Shown here one piece after another: positions 11,301 to 26,300 of a DNA stretch of 44,568 nt. This stretch comes from Hydrurus foetidus. Its lineage: Eukaryota. The position numbers and the translations under genes were made by a program. Every line of letters begins with the position of its first letter. Positions within the stretch are counted from its first letter, which is position 1. The DNA is taken from assembly GCA_900617105.1 (NCBI GenBank), contig UYFQ01000513.1:1-44568 (forward strand), read 5' to 3'. A model generated the notes under the pieces. It did not search any database and was not told where the DNA came from. It was given only the letters and a program-made list of their open reading frames with translations.

Positions 11301-14300
11301 TAGGTGCCATCGATGGGGCACAGCTTGGTGACGCCGAAGGCGACTCAGACGGTGACCACGATGGCTCCATGCTAGGCACGTATGTAGGCTGGGCTGTAGG
11401 TGACGACGTAGGTGCCATCGATGGGGCACAGCTTGGTGACGCCGAAGGCGACTCAGACGGTGACCACGATGGCTCCATGCTAGGCACGTATGTAGGCTGG
11501 GCTGTAGGTGACGACGTAGGTGCCATCGATGGGGCACAGCTTGGTGACGCCGAAGGCGACTCAGACGGTGACCACGATGGCTCCATGCTAGGCACGTATG
11601 TAGGCGATGTCGAAGGCACAGATGTAGGCTGGGCTGTAGGTGACGACGTAGGTGCCATCGATGGGGCACAGCTTGGTGACGCCGAAGGCGACTCAGACGG
11701 TGACCACGATGGCTCCATGCTAGGCACGTATGTAGGCTGGGCTGTAGGTGACGACGTAGGTGCCATCGATGGGGCACAGCTTGGTGACGCCGAAGGCGAC
11801 TCAGACGGTGACCACGATGGCTCCATGCTAGGCACGTATGTAGGCTGTAGGTGACGACGTAGGTGCCATCGATGGGGCACAGCTTGGTGACGCCGAAGGC
11901 GACTCAGACGGTGACCACGATGGCTCCATGCTAGGCACGTATGTAGGCTGGGCTGTAGGTGACGACGTAGGTGCCATCGATGGGGCACAGCTTGGTGACG
12001 CCGAAGGCGACTCAGACGGTGACCACGATGGCTCCATGCTAGGCACGTATGTAGGCTGGGCTGTAGGTGACGACGTAGGTGCCATCGATGGGGCACAGCT
12101 TGGTGACGCCGAAGGCGACTCAGACGGTGACCACGATGGCTCCATGCTAGGCACGTATGTAGGCTGGGCTGTAGGTGACGACGTAGGTGCCATCGATGGG
12201 GCACAGCTTGGTGACGCCGAAGGCGACTCAGACGGTGACCACGATGGCTCCATGCTAGGCACGTATGTAGGCTGGGCTGTAGGTGACGACGTAGGTGCCA
12301 TCGATGGGGCACAGCTTGGTGACGCCGAAGGCGACTCAGACGGTGACCACGATGGCTCCATGCTAGGCACGTATGTAGGCTGGGCTGTAGGTGACGACGT
12401 AGGTGCCATCGATGGGGCACAGCTTGGTGACGCCGAAGGCGACTCAGACGGTGACCACGATGGCTCCATGCTAGGCACGTATGTAGGCTGGGCTGTAGGT
12501 GACGACGTAGGTGCCATCGATGGGGCACAGCTTGGTGACGCCGAAGGCGACTCAGACGGTGACCACGATGGCTCCATGCTAGGCACGTATGTAGGCTGGG
12601 CTGTAGGTGACGACGTAGGTGCCATCGATGGGGCACAGCTTGGTGACGCCGAAGGCGACTCAGACGGTGACCACGATGGCTCCATGCTAGGCATGTAGAT
12701 GTAGGCTGGGCTGTAGGTGACGACGTAGGTGCCATCGATGGGGCACAGCTTGGTGACGCCGAAGGCGACTCAGACGGTGACCACGATGGCTCCATGCTAG
12801 GCACGTATGTAGGCTGGGCTGTAGGTGACGACGTAGGTGCCATCGATGGGGCACAGCTTGGTGACGCCGAAGGCGACTCAGACGGTGACCACGATGGCTC
12901 CATGCTAGGCACGTATGTAGGCTGGGCTGTAGGTGACGACGTAGGTGCCATCGATGGGGCACAGCTTGGTGACGCCGAAGGCGACTCAGACGGTGACCAC
13001 GATGGCTCCATGCTAGGCACGTATGTAGGCTGGGCTGTAGGTGACGACGTAGGTGCCATCGATGGGGCACAGCTTGGTGACGCCGAAGGCGACTCAGACG
13101 GTGACCACGATGGCTCCATGCTAGGCACGTATGTAGGCTGGGCTGTAGGTGACGACGTAGGTGCCATCGATGGGGCACAGCTTGGTGACGCCGAAGGCGA
13201 CTCAGACGGTGACCACGATGGCTCCATGCTAGGCACGTATGTAGGCTGGGCTGTAGGTGACGACGTAGGTGCCATCGATGGGGCACAGCTTGGTGACGCC
13301 GAAGGCGACTCAGACGGTGACCACGATGGCTCCATGCTAGGCACGTATGTAGGCTGGGCTGTAGGTGACGACGTAGGTGCCATCGATGGGGCACAGCTTG
13401 GTGACGCCGAAGGCGACTCAGACGGTGACCACGATGGCTCCATGCTAGGCACGTATGTAGGCGATGTCGAAGGCACAGATGTAGGCTGGGCTGTAGGTGA
13501 CGACGTAGGTGCCATCGATGGGGCACAGCTTGGTGACGCCGAAGGCGACTCAGACGGTGACCACGATGGCTCCATGCTAGGCACGTATGTAGGCGATGGG
13601 GCACAGATGTAGGCTGAGGTGACGACGTAGGTGCCATCGATGGGGCACAGCTTGGTGACGCCGAAGGCGACTCAGACGGTGACCACGATGGCTCCATGCT
13701 AGGCACGTATGTAGGCTGGGCTGTAGGTGACGACGTAGGTGCCATCGATGGGGCACAGCTTGGTGACGCCGAAGGCGACTCAGACGGTGACCACGATGGC
13801 TCCATGCTAGGCACGTATGTAGGCTGGGCTGTAGGTGACGACGTAGGTGCCATCGATGGGGCACAGCTTGGTGACGCCGAAGGCGACTCAGACGGTGACC
13901 ACGATGGCTCCATGCTAGGCACGTATGTAGGCTGGGCTGTAGGTGACGACGTAGGTGCCATCGATGGGGCACAGCTTGGTGACGCCGAAGGCGACTCAGA
14001 CGGTGACCACGATGGCTCCATGCTAGGCACGTATGTAGGCGATGTCGAAGGCACAGATGTAGGCTGGGCTGTAGGTGACGACGTAGGTGCCATCGATGGG
14101 GCACAGCTTGGTGACGCCGAAGGCGACTCAGACGGTGACCACGATGGCTCCATGCTAGGCACGTATGTAGGCTGGGCTGTAGGTGACGACGTAGGTGCCA
14201 TCGATGGGGCACAGCTTGGTGACGCCGAAGGCGACTCAGACGGTGACCACGATGGCTCCATGCTAGGCACGTATGTAGGCTGGGCTGTAGGTGACGACGT

Positions 14301-17300
14301 AGGTGCCATCGATGGGGCACAGCTTGGTGACGCCGAAGGCGACTCAGACGGTGACCACGATGGCTCCATGCTAGGCACGTATGTAGGCTGGGCTGTAGGT
14401 GACGACGTAGGTGCCATCGATGGGGCACAGCTTGGTGACGCCGAAGGCGACTCAGACGGTGACCACGATGGCTCCATGCTAGGCACGAAGGCAGATGTAG
14501 GCTGGGCTGTAGGTGACGACGTAGGTGCCATCGATGGGGCACAGCTTGGTGACGCCGAAGGCGACTCAGACGGTGACCACGATGGCTCCATGCTAGGCAC
14601 GTATGTAGGCTGGGCTGTAGGTGACGACGTAGGTGCCATCGATGGGGCACAGCTTGGTGACGCCGAAGGCGACTCAGACGGTGACCACGATGGCTCCATG
14701 CTAGGCACGTATGTAGGCGATGTCGAAGGCACAGATGTAGGCTGGGCTGTAGGTGACGACGTAGGTGCCATCGATGGGGCACAGCTTGGTGACGCCGAAG
14801 GCGACTCAGACGGTGACCACGATGGCTCCATGCTAGGCACGTATGTAGGCTGGGCTGTAGGTGACGACGTAGGTGCCATCGATGGGGCACAGCTTGGTGA
14901 CGCCGAAGGCGACTCAGACGGTGACCACGATGGCTCAGGCATAGGCGATGTCGAAGGCACAGATGTAGGCTGGGCTGTAGGTGACGACGTAGGTGCCATC
15001 GATGGGGCACAGCTTGGTGACGCCGAAGGCGACTCAGACGGTGACCACGATGGCTCCATGCTAGGCACGTATGTAGGCTGGGCTGTAGGTGACGACGTAG
15101 GTGCCATCGATGGGGCACAGCTTGGTGACGCCGAAGGCGACTCAGACGGTGACCACGATGGCTCCATGCTAGGCACGTATGTAGGCTGGGCTGTAGGTGA
15201 CGACGTAGGTGCCATCGATGGGGCACAGCTTGGTGACGCCGAAGGCGACTCAGACGGTGACCACGATGGCTCCATGCTAGGCACGTATGTAGGCTGGGCT
15301 GTAGGTGACGACGTAGGTGCCATCGATGGGGCACAGCTTGGTGACGCCGAAGGCGACTCAGACGGTGACCACGATGGCTCCATGCTAGGCACGTATGTAG
15401 GCTGGGCTGTAGGTGACGACGTAGGTGCCATCGATGGGGCACAGCTTGGTGACGCCGAAGGCGACTCAGACGGTGACCACGATGGCTCCATGCTAGGCAC
15501 GTATGTAGGCTGGGCTGTAGGTGACGACGTAGGTGCCATCGATGGGGCACAGCTTGGTGACGCCGAAGGCGACTCAGACGGTGACCACGATGGCTCCATG
15601 CTAGGCACGTATGTAGGCTGGGCTGTAGGTGACGACGTAGGTGCCATCGATGGGGCACAGCTTGGTGACGCCGAAGGCGACTCAGACGGTGACCACGATG
15701 GCTCCATGCTAGGCACGTATGTAGGCTGGGCTGTAGGTGACGACGTAGGTGCCATCGATGGGGCACAGCTTGGTGACGCCGAAGGCGACTCAGACGGTGA
15801 CCACGATGGCTCCATGCTAGGCACGTATGTAGGCGATGTCGAAGCACAGATGTAGGCTGGGCGTAGGTGCCATCGATGGGGCACAGCTTGGTGACGCCGA
15901 AGGCGACTCAGACGGTGACCACGATGGCTCCATGCTAGGCACGTATGTAGGCTGGGCTGTAGGTGACGACGTAGGTGCCATCGATGGGGCACAGCTTGGT
16001 GACGCCGAAGGCGACTCAGACGGTGACCACGATGGCTCCATGCTAGGCACGTATGTAGGCTGGGCTGTAGGTGACGACGTAGGTGCCATCGATGGGGCAC
16101 AGCTTGGTGACGCCGAAGGCGACTCAGACGGTGACCACGATGGCTCCATGCTAGGCACGTATGTAGGCTGGGCTGTAGGTGACGACGTAGGTGCCATCGA
16201 TGGGGCACAGCTTGGTGACGCCGAAGGCGACTCAGACGGTGACCACGATGGCTCCATGCTAGGCACGTATGTAGGCTGATGTCGAAGGCACAGATATAGG
16301 CTGGGCTTTGGTGACGCCGAAGGCGACTCAGACGGTGACCACGATGGCTCCATGCTAGGCACGTATGTAGGCTGGGCTGTAGGTGACGACGTAGGTGCCA
16401 TCGATGGGGCACAGCTTGGTGACGCCGAAGGCGACTCAGACGGTGACCACGATGGCTCCATGCTAGGCACGTATGTAGGCGATGTCGAAGGCACAGATGT
16501 AGGCTGGGCTGTAGGTGACGACGTAGGTGCCATCGATGGGGCACAGCTTGGTGACGCCGAAGGCGACTCAGACGGTGACCACGATGGCTCCATGCTAGGC
16601 ACGTATGTAGGCTGGGCTGTAGGTGACGACGTAGGTGCCATCGATGGGGCACAGCTTGGTGACGCCGAAGGCGACTCAGACGGTGACCACGATGGCTCCA
16701 TGCTAGGCACGTATGTAGGCTGGGCTGTAGGTGACGACGTAGGTGCCATCGATGGGGCACAGCTTGGTGACGCCGAAGGCGACTCAGACGGTGACCACGA
16801 TGGCTCCATGCTAGGCACGTATGTAGGCTGGGCTGTAGGTGACGACGTAGGTGCCATCGATGGGGCACAGCTTGGTGACGCCGAAGGCGACTCAGACGGT
16901 GACCACGATGGCTCCATGCTAGGCACGTATGTAGGCTGGGCTGTAGGAACGACGTAGGTGCCATCGATGGGGCACAGCTTGGTGACGCCGAAGGCGACTC
17001 AGACGGTGACCACGATGGCTCCATGCTAGGCACGTATGTAGGCTGGGCTGTAGGTGACGACGTAGGTGCCATCGATGGGGCACAGCTTGGTGACGCCGAA
17101 GGCGACTCAGACGGTGACCACGTGACCCACGATGGCTCCATGCGAGGCACAGATGTAGGCTGGGCTGTAGGTGACGACGTAGGTGCCATCGATGGGGCAC
17201 AGCTTGGTGACGCCGAAGGCGACTCAGACGGTGACCACGATGGCTCCATGCTAGGCACGTATGTAGGCTGGGCTGTAGGTGACGACGTAGGTGCCATCGA

Positions 17301-20300
17301 TGGGGCACAGCTTGGTGACGCCGAAGGCGACTCAGACGGTGACCACGATGGCTCCATGCTAGGCACGTATGTAGGCTGGGCTGTAGGTGACGACGTAGGT
17401 GCCATCGATGGGGCACAGCTTGGTGACGCCGAAGGCGACTCAGACGGTGACCACGATGGCTCCATGCTAGGCACGTATGTAGGCTGGGCTGTAGGTGACG
17501 ACGTAGGTGCCATCGATGGGGCACAGCTTGGTGACGCCGAAGGCGACTCAGACGGTGACCACGATGGCTCCATGCTAGGCACGTATGTAGGCGATGACGA
17601 AGATGGCACAGACGTGTAGGCTGGGCTGTAGGTGACGACGTAGGTGCCATCGATGGGGCACAGCTTGGTGACGCCGAAGGCGACTCAGACGGTGACCACG
17701 ATGGCTCCATGCTAGGCACGTATGTAGGCGATGTCGAAGGCACAGATGTAGGCTGGGCTGTAGGTGACGACGTAGGTGCCATCGATGGGGCACAGCTTGG
17801 TGACGCCGAAGGCGACTCAGACGGTGACCACGATGGCTCCATGCTAGGCACGTATGTAGGCTGGGCTGTAGGTGACGACGTAGGTGCCATCGATGGGGCA
17901 CAGCTTGGTGACGCCGAAGGCGACTCAGACGGTGACCACGATGGCTCCATGCTAGGCACGTATGTAGGCGATGTCGAAGGCACAGATGTAGGTGACGACG
18001 TAGGTGCCATCGATGGGGCACAGCTTGGTGACGCCGAAGGCGACTCAGACGGTGACCACGATGGCTCCATGCTAGGCACGTATGTAGGCTGGGCTGTAGG
18101 TGACGACGTAGGTGCCATCGATGGGGCACAGCTTGGTGACGCCGAAGGCGACTCAGACGGTGACCACGATGGCTCCATGCTAGGCACGTATGTAGGCTGG
18201 GCTGTAGGTGACGACGTAGGTGCCATCGATGGGGCACAGCTTGGTGACGCCGAAGGCGACTCAGACGGTGACCACGATGGCTCCATGCTAGGCACGTATG
18301 TAGGCTGGGCTGTAGGTGACGACGTAGGTGCCATCGATGGGGCACAGCTTGGTGACGCCGAAGGCGACTCAGACGGTGACCACGATGGCTCCATGCTAGG
18401 CACGTATGTAGGCGATGTCGAAGGCACAGATGTAGGCTGGGCTGTAGGTGACGACGTAGGTGCCATCGATGGGGCACAGCTTGGTGACGCCGAAGGCGAC
18501 GACTCAGACGGTGACCACGATGGCTCCATGCTAGGCACGATGTAGGCTGGGCTGTAGGTGACGACGTAGGTGCCATCGATGGGGCACAGCTTGGTGACGC
18601 CGAAGGCGACTCAGACGGTGACCACGATGGCTCCATGCTAGGCACGTATGTAGGCTGGGCTGTAGGTGACGACGTAGGTGCCATCGATGGGGCACAGCTT
18701 GGTGACGCCGAAGGCGACTCAGACGGTGACCACGATGGCTCCATGCTAGGCACGTATGTAGGCTGGGCTGTAGGTGACGACGTAGGTGCCATCGATGGGG
18801 CACAGCTTGGTGACGCCGAAGGCGACTCAGACGGTGACCACGATGGCTCCATGCTAGGCACGTATGTAGGCTGGGCTGTAGGTGACGACGTAGGTGCCAT
18901 CGATGGGGCACAGCTTGGTGACGCCGAAGGCGACTCAGACGGTGACCACGATGGCTCCATGCTAGGCACGTATGTAGGCTGGGCTGTAGGTGACGACGTA
19001 GGTGCCATCGATGGGGCACAGCTTGGTGACGCCGAAGGCGACTCAGACGGTGACCACGATGGCTCCATGCTAGGCACGTATGTAGGCGATGTCGAAGGCA
19101 CAGATGTAGGCTGGGCTGTAGGTGACGACGTAGGTGCCATCGATGGGGCACAGCTTGGTGACGCCGAAGGCGACTCAGACGGTGACCACGATGGCTCCAT
19201 GCTAGGCACGTATGTAGGCTGGGCTGTAGGTGACGACGTAGGTGCCATCGATGGGGCACAGCTTGGTGACGCCGAAGGCGACTCAGACGGTGACCACGAT
19301 GGCTCCATGCTAGGCACGTATGTAGGCGATGTCGAAGGCACAGATGTAGGCTGGGCTGTAGGTGACGACGTAGGTGCCATCGATGGGGCACAGCTTGGTG
19401 ACGCCGAAGGCGACTCAGACGGTGACCACGATGGCTCCATGCTAGGCACGTATGTAGGCTGGGCTGTAGGTGACGACGTAGGTGCCATCGATGGGGCACA
19501 GCTTGGTGACGCCGAAGGCGACTCAGACGGTGACCACGATGGCTCCATGCTAGGCACGTATGTAGGCTGGGCTGTAGGTGACGACGTAGGTGCCATCGAT
19601 GGGGCACAGCTTGGTGACGCCGAAGGCGACTCAGACGGTGACCACGATGGCTCCATGCTAGGCACGTATGTAGGCGATGTCGAAGGCACAGATGTAGGCT
19701 GGGCTGTAGGTGACGACGTAGGTGCCATCGATGGGGCACAGCTTGGTGACGCCGAAGGCGACTCAGACGGTGACCACGATGGCTCCATGCTAGGCACGTA
19801 TGTAGGCTGGGCTGTAGGTGACGACGTAGGTGCCATCGATGGGGCACAGCTTGGTGACGCCGAAGGCGACTCAGACGGTGACCACGATGGCTCCATGCTA
19901 GGCACGTATGTAGGCGATGTCGAAGGCACAGATGTAGGCTGGGCTGTAGGTGACGACGTAGGTGCCATCGATGGGGCACAGCTTGGTGACGCCGAAGGCG
20001 ACTCAGACGGTGACCACGATGGCTCCATGCTAGGCACGTATGTAGGCTGGGCTGTAGGTGACGACGTAGGTGCCATCGATGGGGCACAGCTTGGTGACGC
20101 CGAAGGCGACTCAGACGGTGACCACGATGGCTCCATGCTAGGCACGTATGTAGGCGATGTCGAAGGCACAGATGTAGGCTGGGCTGTAGGTGACGACGTA
20201 GGTGCCATCGATGGGGCACAGCTTGGTGACGCCGAAGGCGACTCAGACGGTGACCACGATGGCTCCATGCTAGGCACGTATGTAGGCGATGTCGAAGGCA

Positions 20301-23300
20301 CAGATGTAGGCTGGGCTGTAGGTGACGACGTAGGTGCCATCGATGGGGCACAGCTTGGTGACGCCGAAGGCGACTCAGACGGTGACCACGATGGCTCCAT
20401 GCTAGGCACGTATGTAGGCTGGGCTGTAGGTGACGACGTAGGTGCCATCGATGGGGCACAGCTTGGTGACGCCGAAGGCGACTCAGACGGTGACCACGAT
20501 GGCTCCATGCTAGGCACGTATGTAGGCGATGTCGAAGGCACAGATGTAGGCTGGGCTGTAGGTGACGACGTAGGTGCCATCGATGGGGCACAGCTTGGTG
20601 ACGCCGAAGGCGACTCAGACGGTGACCACGATGGCTCCATGCTAGGCACGTATGTAGGCGATGTCGAAGGCACAGATGTAGGCTGGGCTGTAGGTGACGA
20701 CGTAGGTGCCATCGATGGGGCACAGCTTGGTGACGCCGAAGGCGACTCAGACGGTGACCACGATGGCTCCATGCTAGGCACGTATGTAGGCGATGTCGAA
20801 GGCACAGATGTAGGCTGGGCTGTAGGTGACGACGTAGGTGCCATCGATGGGGCACAGCTTGGTGACGCCGAAGGCGACTCAGACGGTGACCACGATGGCT
20901 CCATGCTAGGCACGTATGTAGGCGATGTCGAAGGCACAGATGTAGGCTGGGCTGTAGGTGACGACGTAGGTGCCATCGATGGGGCACAGCTTGGTGACGC
21001 CGAAGGCGACTCAGACGGTGACCACGATGGCTCCATGCTAGGCACGTATGTAGGCTGGGCTGTAGGTGACGACGTAGGTGCCATCGATGGGGCACAGCTT
21101 GGTGACGCCGAAGGCGACTCAGACGGTGACCACGATGGCTCCATGCTAGGCACGTATGTAGGCTGGGCTGTAGGTGACGACGTAGGTGCCATCGATGGGG
21201 CACAGCTTGGTGACGCCGAAGGCGACTCAGACGGTGACCACGATGGCTCCATGCTAGGCACGTATGTAGGCGATGTCGAAGGCACAGATGTAGGCTGGGC
21301 TGTAGGTGACGACGTAGGTGCCATCGATGGGGCACAGCTTGGTGACGCCGAAGGCGACTCAGACGGTGACCACGATGGCTCCATGCTAGGCACGTATGTA
21401 GGCGATGTCGAAGGCACAGATGTAGGCTGGGCTGTAGGTGACGACGTAGGTGCCATCGATGGGGCACAGCTTGGTGACGCCGAAGGCGACTCAGACGGTG
21501 ACCACGATGGCTCCATGCTAGGCACGTATGTAGGCGATGTCGAAGGCACAGATGTAGGCTGGGCTGTAGGTGACGACGTAGGTGCCATCGATGGGGCACA
21601 GCTTGGTGACGCCGAAGGCGACTCAGACGGTGACCACGATGGCTCCATGCTAGGCACGTATGTAGGCGATGTCGAAGGCACAGATGTAGGCTGGGCTGTA
21701 GGTGACGACGTAGGTGCCATCGATGGGGCACAGCTTGGTGACGCCGAAGGCGACTCAGACGGTGACCACGATGGCTCCATGCTAGGCACGTATGTAGGCG
21801 ATGTCGAAGGCACAGATGTAGGCTGGGCTGTAGGTGACGACGTAGGTGCCATCGATGGGGCACAGCTTGGTGACGCCGAAGGCGACTCAGACGGTGACCA
21901 CGATGGCTCCATGCTAGGCACGTATGTAGGCGATGTCGAAGGCACAGATGTAGGCTGGGCTGTAGGTGACGACGTAGGTGCCATCGATGGGGCACAGCTT
22001 GGTGACGCCGAAGGCGACTCAGACGGTGACCACGATGGCTCCATGCTAGGCACGTATGTAGGCGATGTCGAAGGCACAGATGTAGGCTGGGCTGTAGGTG
22101 ACGACGTAGGTGCCATCGATGGGGCACAGCTTGGTGACGCCGAAGGCGACTCAGACGGTGACCACGATGGCTCCATGCTAGGCACGTATGTAGGCGATGT
22201 CGAAGGCACAGATGTAGGCTGGGCTGTAGGTGACGACGTAGGTGCCATCGATGGGGCACAGCTTGGTGACGCCGAAGGCGACTCAGACGGTGACCACGAT
22301 GGCTCCATGCTAGGCACGTATGTAGGCGATGTCGAAGGCACAGATGTAGGCTGGGCTGTAGGTGACGACGTAGGTGCCATCGATGGGGCACAGCTTGGTG
22401 ACGCCGAAGGCGACTCAGACGGTGACCACGATGGCTCCATGCTAGGCACGTATGTAGGCGATGTCGAAGGCACAGATGTAGGCTGGGCTGTAGGTGACGA
22501 CGTAGGTGCCATCGATGGGGCACAGCTTGGTGACGCCGAAGGCGACTCAGACGGTGACCACGATGGCTCCATGCTAGGCACGTATGTAGGCGATGTCGAA
22601 GGCACAGATGTAGGCTGGGCTGTAGGTGACGACGTAGGTGCCATCGATGGGGCACAGCTTGGTGACGCCGAAGGCGACTCAGACGGTGACCACGATGGCT
22701 CCATGCTAGGCACGTATGTAGGCGATGTCGAAGGCACAGATGTAGGCTGGGCTGTAGGTGACGACGTAGGTGCCATCGATGGGGCACAGCTTGGTGACGC
22801 CGAAGGCGACTCAGACGGTGACCACGATGGCTCCATGCTAGGCACGTATGTAGGCGATGTCGAAGGCACAGATGTAGGCTGGGCTGTAGGTGACGACGTA
22901 GGTGCCATCGATGGGGCACAGCTTGGTGACGCCGAAGGCGACTCAGACGGTGACCACGATGGCTCCATGCTAGGCACGTATGTAGGCGATGTCGAAGGCA
23001 CAGATGTAGGCTGGGCTGTAGGTGACGACGTAGGTGCCATCGATGGGGCACAGCTTGGTGACGCCGAAGGCGACTCAGACGGTGACCACGATGGCTCCAT
23101 GCTAGGCACGTATGTAGGCGATGTCGAAGGCACAGATGTAGGCTGGGCTGTAGGTGACGACGTAGGTGCCATCGATGGGGCACAGCTTGGTGACGCCGAA
23201 GGCGACTCAGACGGTGACCACGATGGCTCCATGCTAGGCACGTATGTAGGCGATGTCGAAGGCACAGATGTAGGCTGGGCTGTAGGTGACGACGTAGGTG

Positions 23301-26300
23301 CCATCGATGGGGCACAGCTTGGTGACGCCGAAGGCGACTCAGACGGTGACCACGATGGCTCCATGCTAGGCACGTATGTAGGCGATGTCGAAGGCACAGA
23401 TGTAGGCTGGGCTGTAGGTGACGACGTAGGTGCCATCGATGGGGCACAGCTTGGTGACGCCGAAGGCGACTCAGACGGTGACCACGATGGCTCCATGCTA
23501 GGCACGTATGTAGGCGATGTCGAAGGCACAGATGTAGGCTGGGCTGTAGGTGACGACGTAGGTGCCATCGATGGGGCACAGCTTGGTGACGCCGAAGGCG
23601 ACTCAGACGGTGACCACGATGGCTCCATGCTAGGCACGTATGTAGGCGATGTCGAAGGCACAGATGTAGGCTGGGCTGTAGGTGACGACGTAGGTGCCAT
23701 CGATGGGGCACAGCTTGGTGACGCCGAAGGCGACTCAGACGGTGACCACGATGGCTCCATGCTAGGCACGTATGTAGGCGATGTCGAAGGCACAGATGTA
23801 GGCTGGGCTGTAGGTGACGACGTAGGTGCCATCGATGGGGCACAGCTTGGTGACGCCGAAGGCGACTCAGACGGTGACCACGATGGCTCCATGCTAGGCA
23901 CGTATGTAGGCGATGTCGAAGGCACAGATGTAGGCTGGGCTGTAGGTGACGACGTAGGTGCCATCGATGGGGCACAGCTTGGTGACGCCGAAGGCGACTC
24001 AGACGGTGACCACGATGGCTCCATGCTAGGCACGTATGTAGGCGATGTCGAAGGCACAGATGTAGGCTGGGCTGTAGGTGACGACGTAGGTGCCATCGAT
24101 GGGGCACAGCTTGGTGACGCCGAAGGCGACTCAGACGGTGACCACGATGGCTCCATGCTAGGCACGTATGTAGGCGATGTCGAAGGCACAGATGTAGGCT
24201 GGGCTGTAGGTGACGACGTAGGTGCCATCGATGGGGCACAGCTTGGTGACGCCGAAGGCGACTCAGACGGTGACCACGATGGCTCCATGCTAGGCACGTA
24301 TGTAGGCGATGTCGAAGGCACAGATGTAGGCTGGGCTGTAGGTGACGACGTAGGTGCCATCGATGGGGCACAGCTTGGTGACGCCGAAGGCGACTCAGAC
24401 GGTGACCACGATGGCTCCATGCTAGGCACGTATGTAGGCGATGTCGAAGGCACAGATGTAGGCTGGGCTGTAGGTGACGACGTAGGTGCCATCGATGGGG
24501 CACAGCTTGGTGACGCCGAAGGCGACTCAGACGGTGACCACGATGGCTCCATGCTAGGCACGTATGTAGGCGATGTCGAAGGCACAGATGTAGGCTGGGC
24601 TGTAGGTGACGACGTAGGTGCCATCGATGGGGCACAGCTTGGTGACGCCGAAGGCGACTCAGACGGTGACCACGATGGCTCCATGCTAGGCACGTATGTA
24701 GGCGATGTCGAAGGCACAGATGTAGGCTGGGCTGTAGGTGACGACGTAGGTGCCATCGATGGGGCACAGCTTGGTGACGCCGAAGGCGACTCAGACGGTG
24801 ACCACGATGGCTCCATGCTAGGCACGTATGTAGGCGATGTCGAAGGCACAGATGTAGGCTGGGCTGTAGGTGACGACGTAGGTGCCATCGATGGGGCACA
24901 GCTTGGTGACGCCGAAGGCGACTCAGACGGTGACCACGATGGCTCCATGCTAGGCACGTATGTAGGCGATGTCGAAGGCACAGATGTAGGCTGGGCTGTA
25001 GGTGACGACGTAGGTGCCATCGATGGGGCACAGCTTGGTGACGCCGAAGGCGACTCAGACGGTGACCACGATGGCTCCATGCTAGGCACGTATGTAGGCG
25101 ATGTCGAAGGCACAGATGTAGGCTGGGCTGTAGGTGACGACGTAGGTGCCATCGATGGGGCACAGCTTGGTGACGCCGAAGGCGACTCAGACGGTGACCA
25201 CGATGGCTCCATGCTAGGCACGTATGTAGGCGATGTCGAAGGCACAGATGTAGGCTGGGCTGTAGGTGACGACGTAGGTGCCATCGATGGGGCACAGCTT
25301 GGTGACGCCGAAGGCGACTCAGACGGTGACCACGATGGCTCCATGCTAGGCACGTATGTAGGCGATGTCGAAGGCACAGATGTAGGCTGGGCTGTAGGTG
25401 ACGACGTAGGTGCCATCGATGGGGCACAGCTTGGTGACGCCGAAGGCGACTCAGACGGTGACCACGATGGCTCCATGCTAGGCACGTATGTAGGCGATGT
25501 CGAAGGCACAGATGTAGGCTGGGCTGTAGGTGACGACGTAGGTGCCATCGATGGGGCACAGCTTGGTGACGCCGAAGGCGACTCAGACGGTGACCACGAT
25601 GGCTCCATGCTAGGCACGTATGTAGGCGATGTCGAAGGCACAGATGTAGGCTGGGCTGTAGGTGACGACGTAGGTGCCATCGATGGGGCACAGCTTGGTG
25701 ACGCCGAAGGCGACTCAGACGGTGACCACGATGGCTCCATGCTAGGCACGTATGTAGGCGATGTCGAAGGCACAGATGTAGGCTGGGCTGTAGGTGACGA
25801 CGTAGGTGCCATCGATGGGGCACAGCTTGGTGACGCCGAAGGCGACTCAGACGGTGACCACGATGGCTCCATGCTAGGCACGTATGTAGGCGATGTCGAA
25901 GGCACAGATGTAGGCTGGGCTGTAGGTGACGACGTAGGTGCCATCGATGGGGCACAGCTTGGTGACGCCGAAGGCGACTCAGACGGTGACCACGATGGCT
26001 CCATGCTAGGCACGTATGTAGGCGATGTCGAAGGCACAGATGTAGGCTGGGCTGTAGGTGACGACGTAGGTGCCATCGATGGGGCACAGCTTGGTGACGC
26101 CGAAGGCGACTCAGACGGTGACCACGATGGCTCCATGCTAGGCACGTATGTAGGCGATGTCGAAGGCACAGATGTAGGCTGGGCTGTAGGTGACGACGTA
26201 GGTGCCATCGATGGGGCACAGCTTGGTGACGCCGAAGGCGACTCAGACGGTGACCACGATGGCTCCATGCTAGGCACGTATGTAGGCGATGTCGAAGGCA

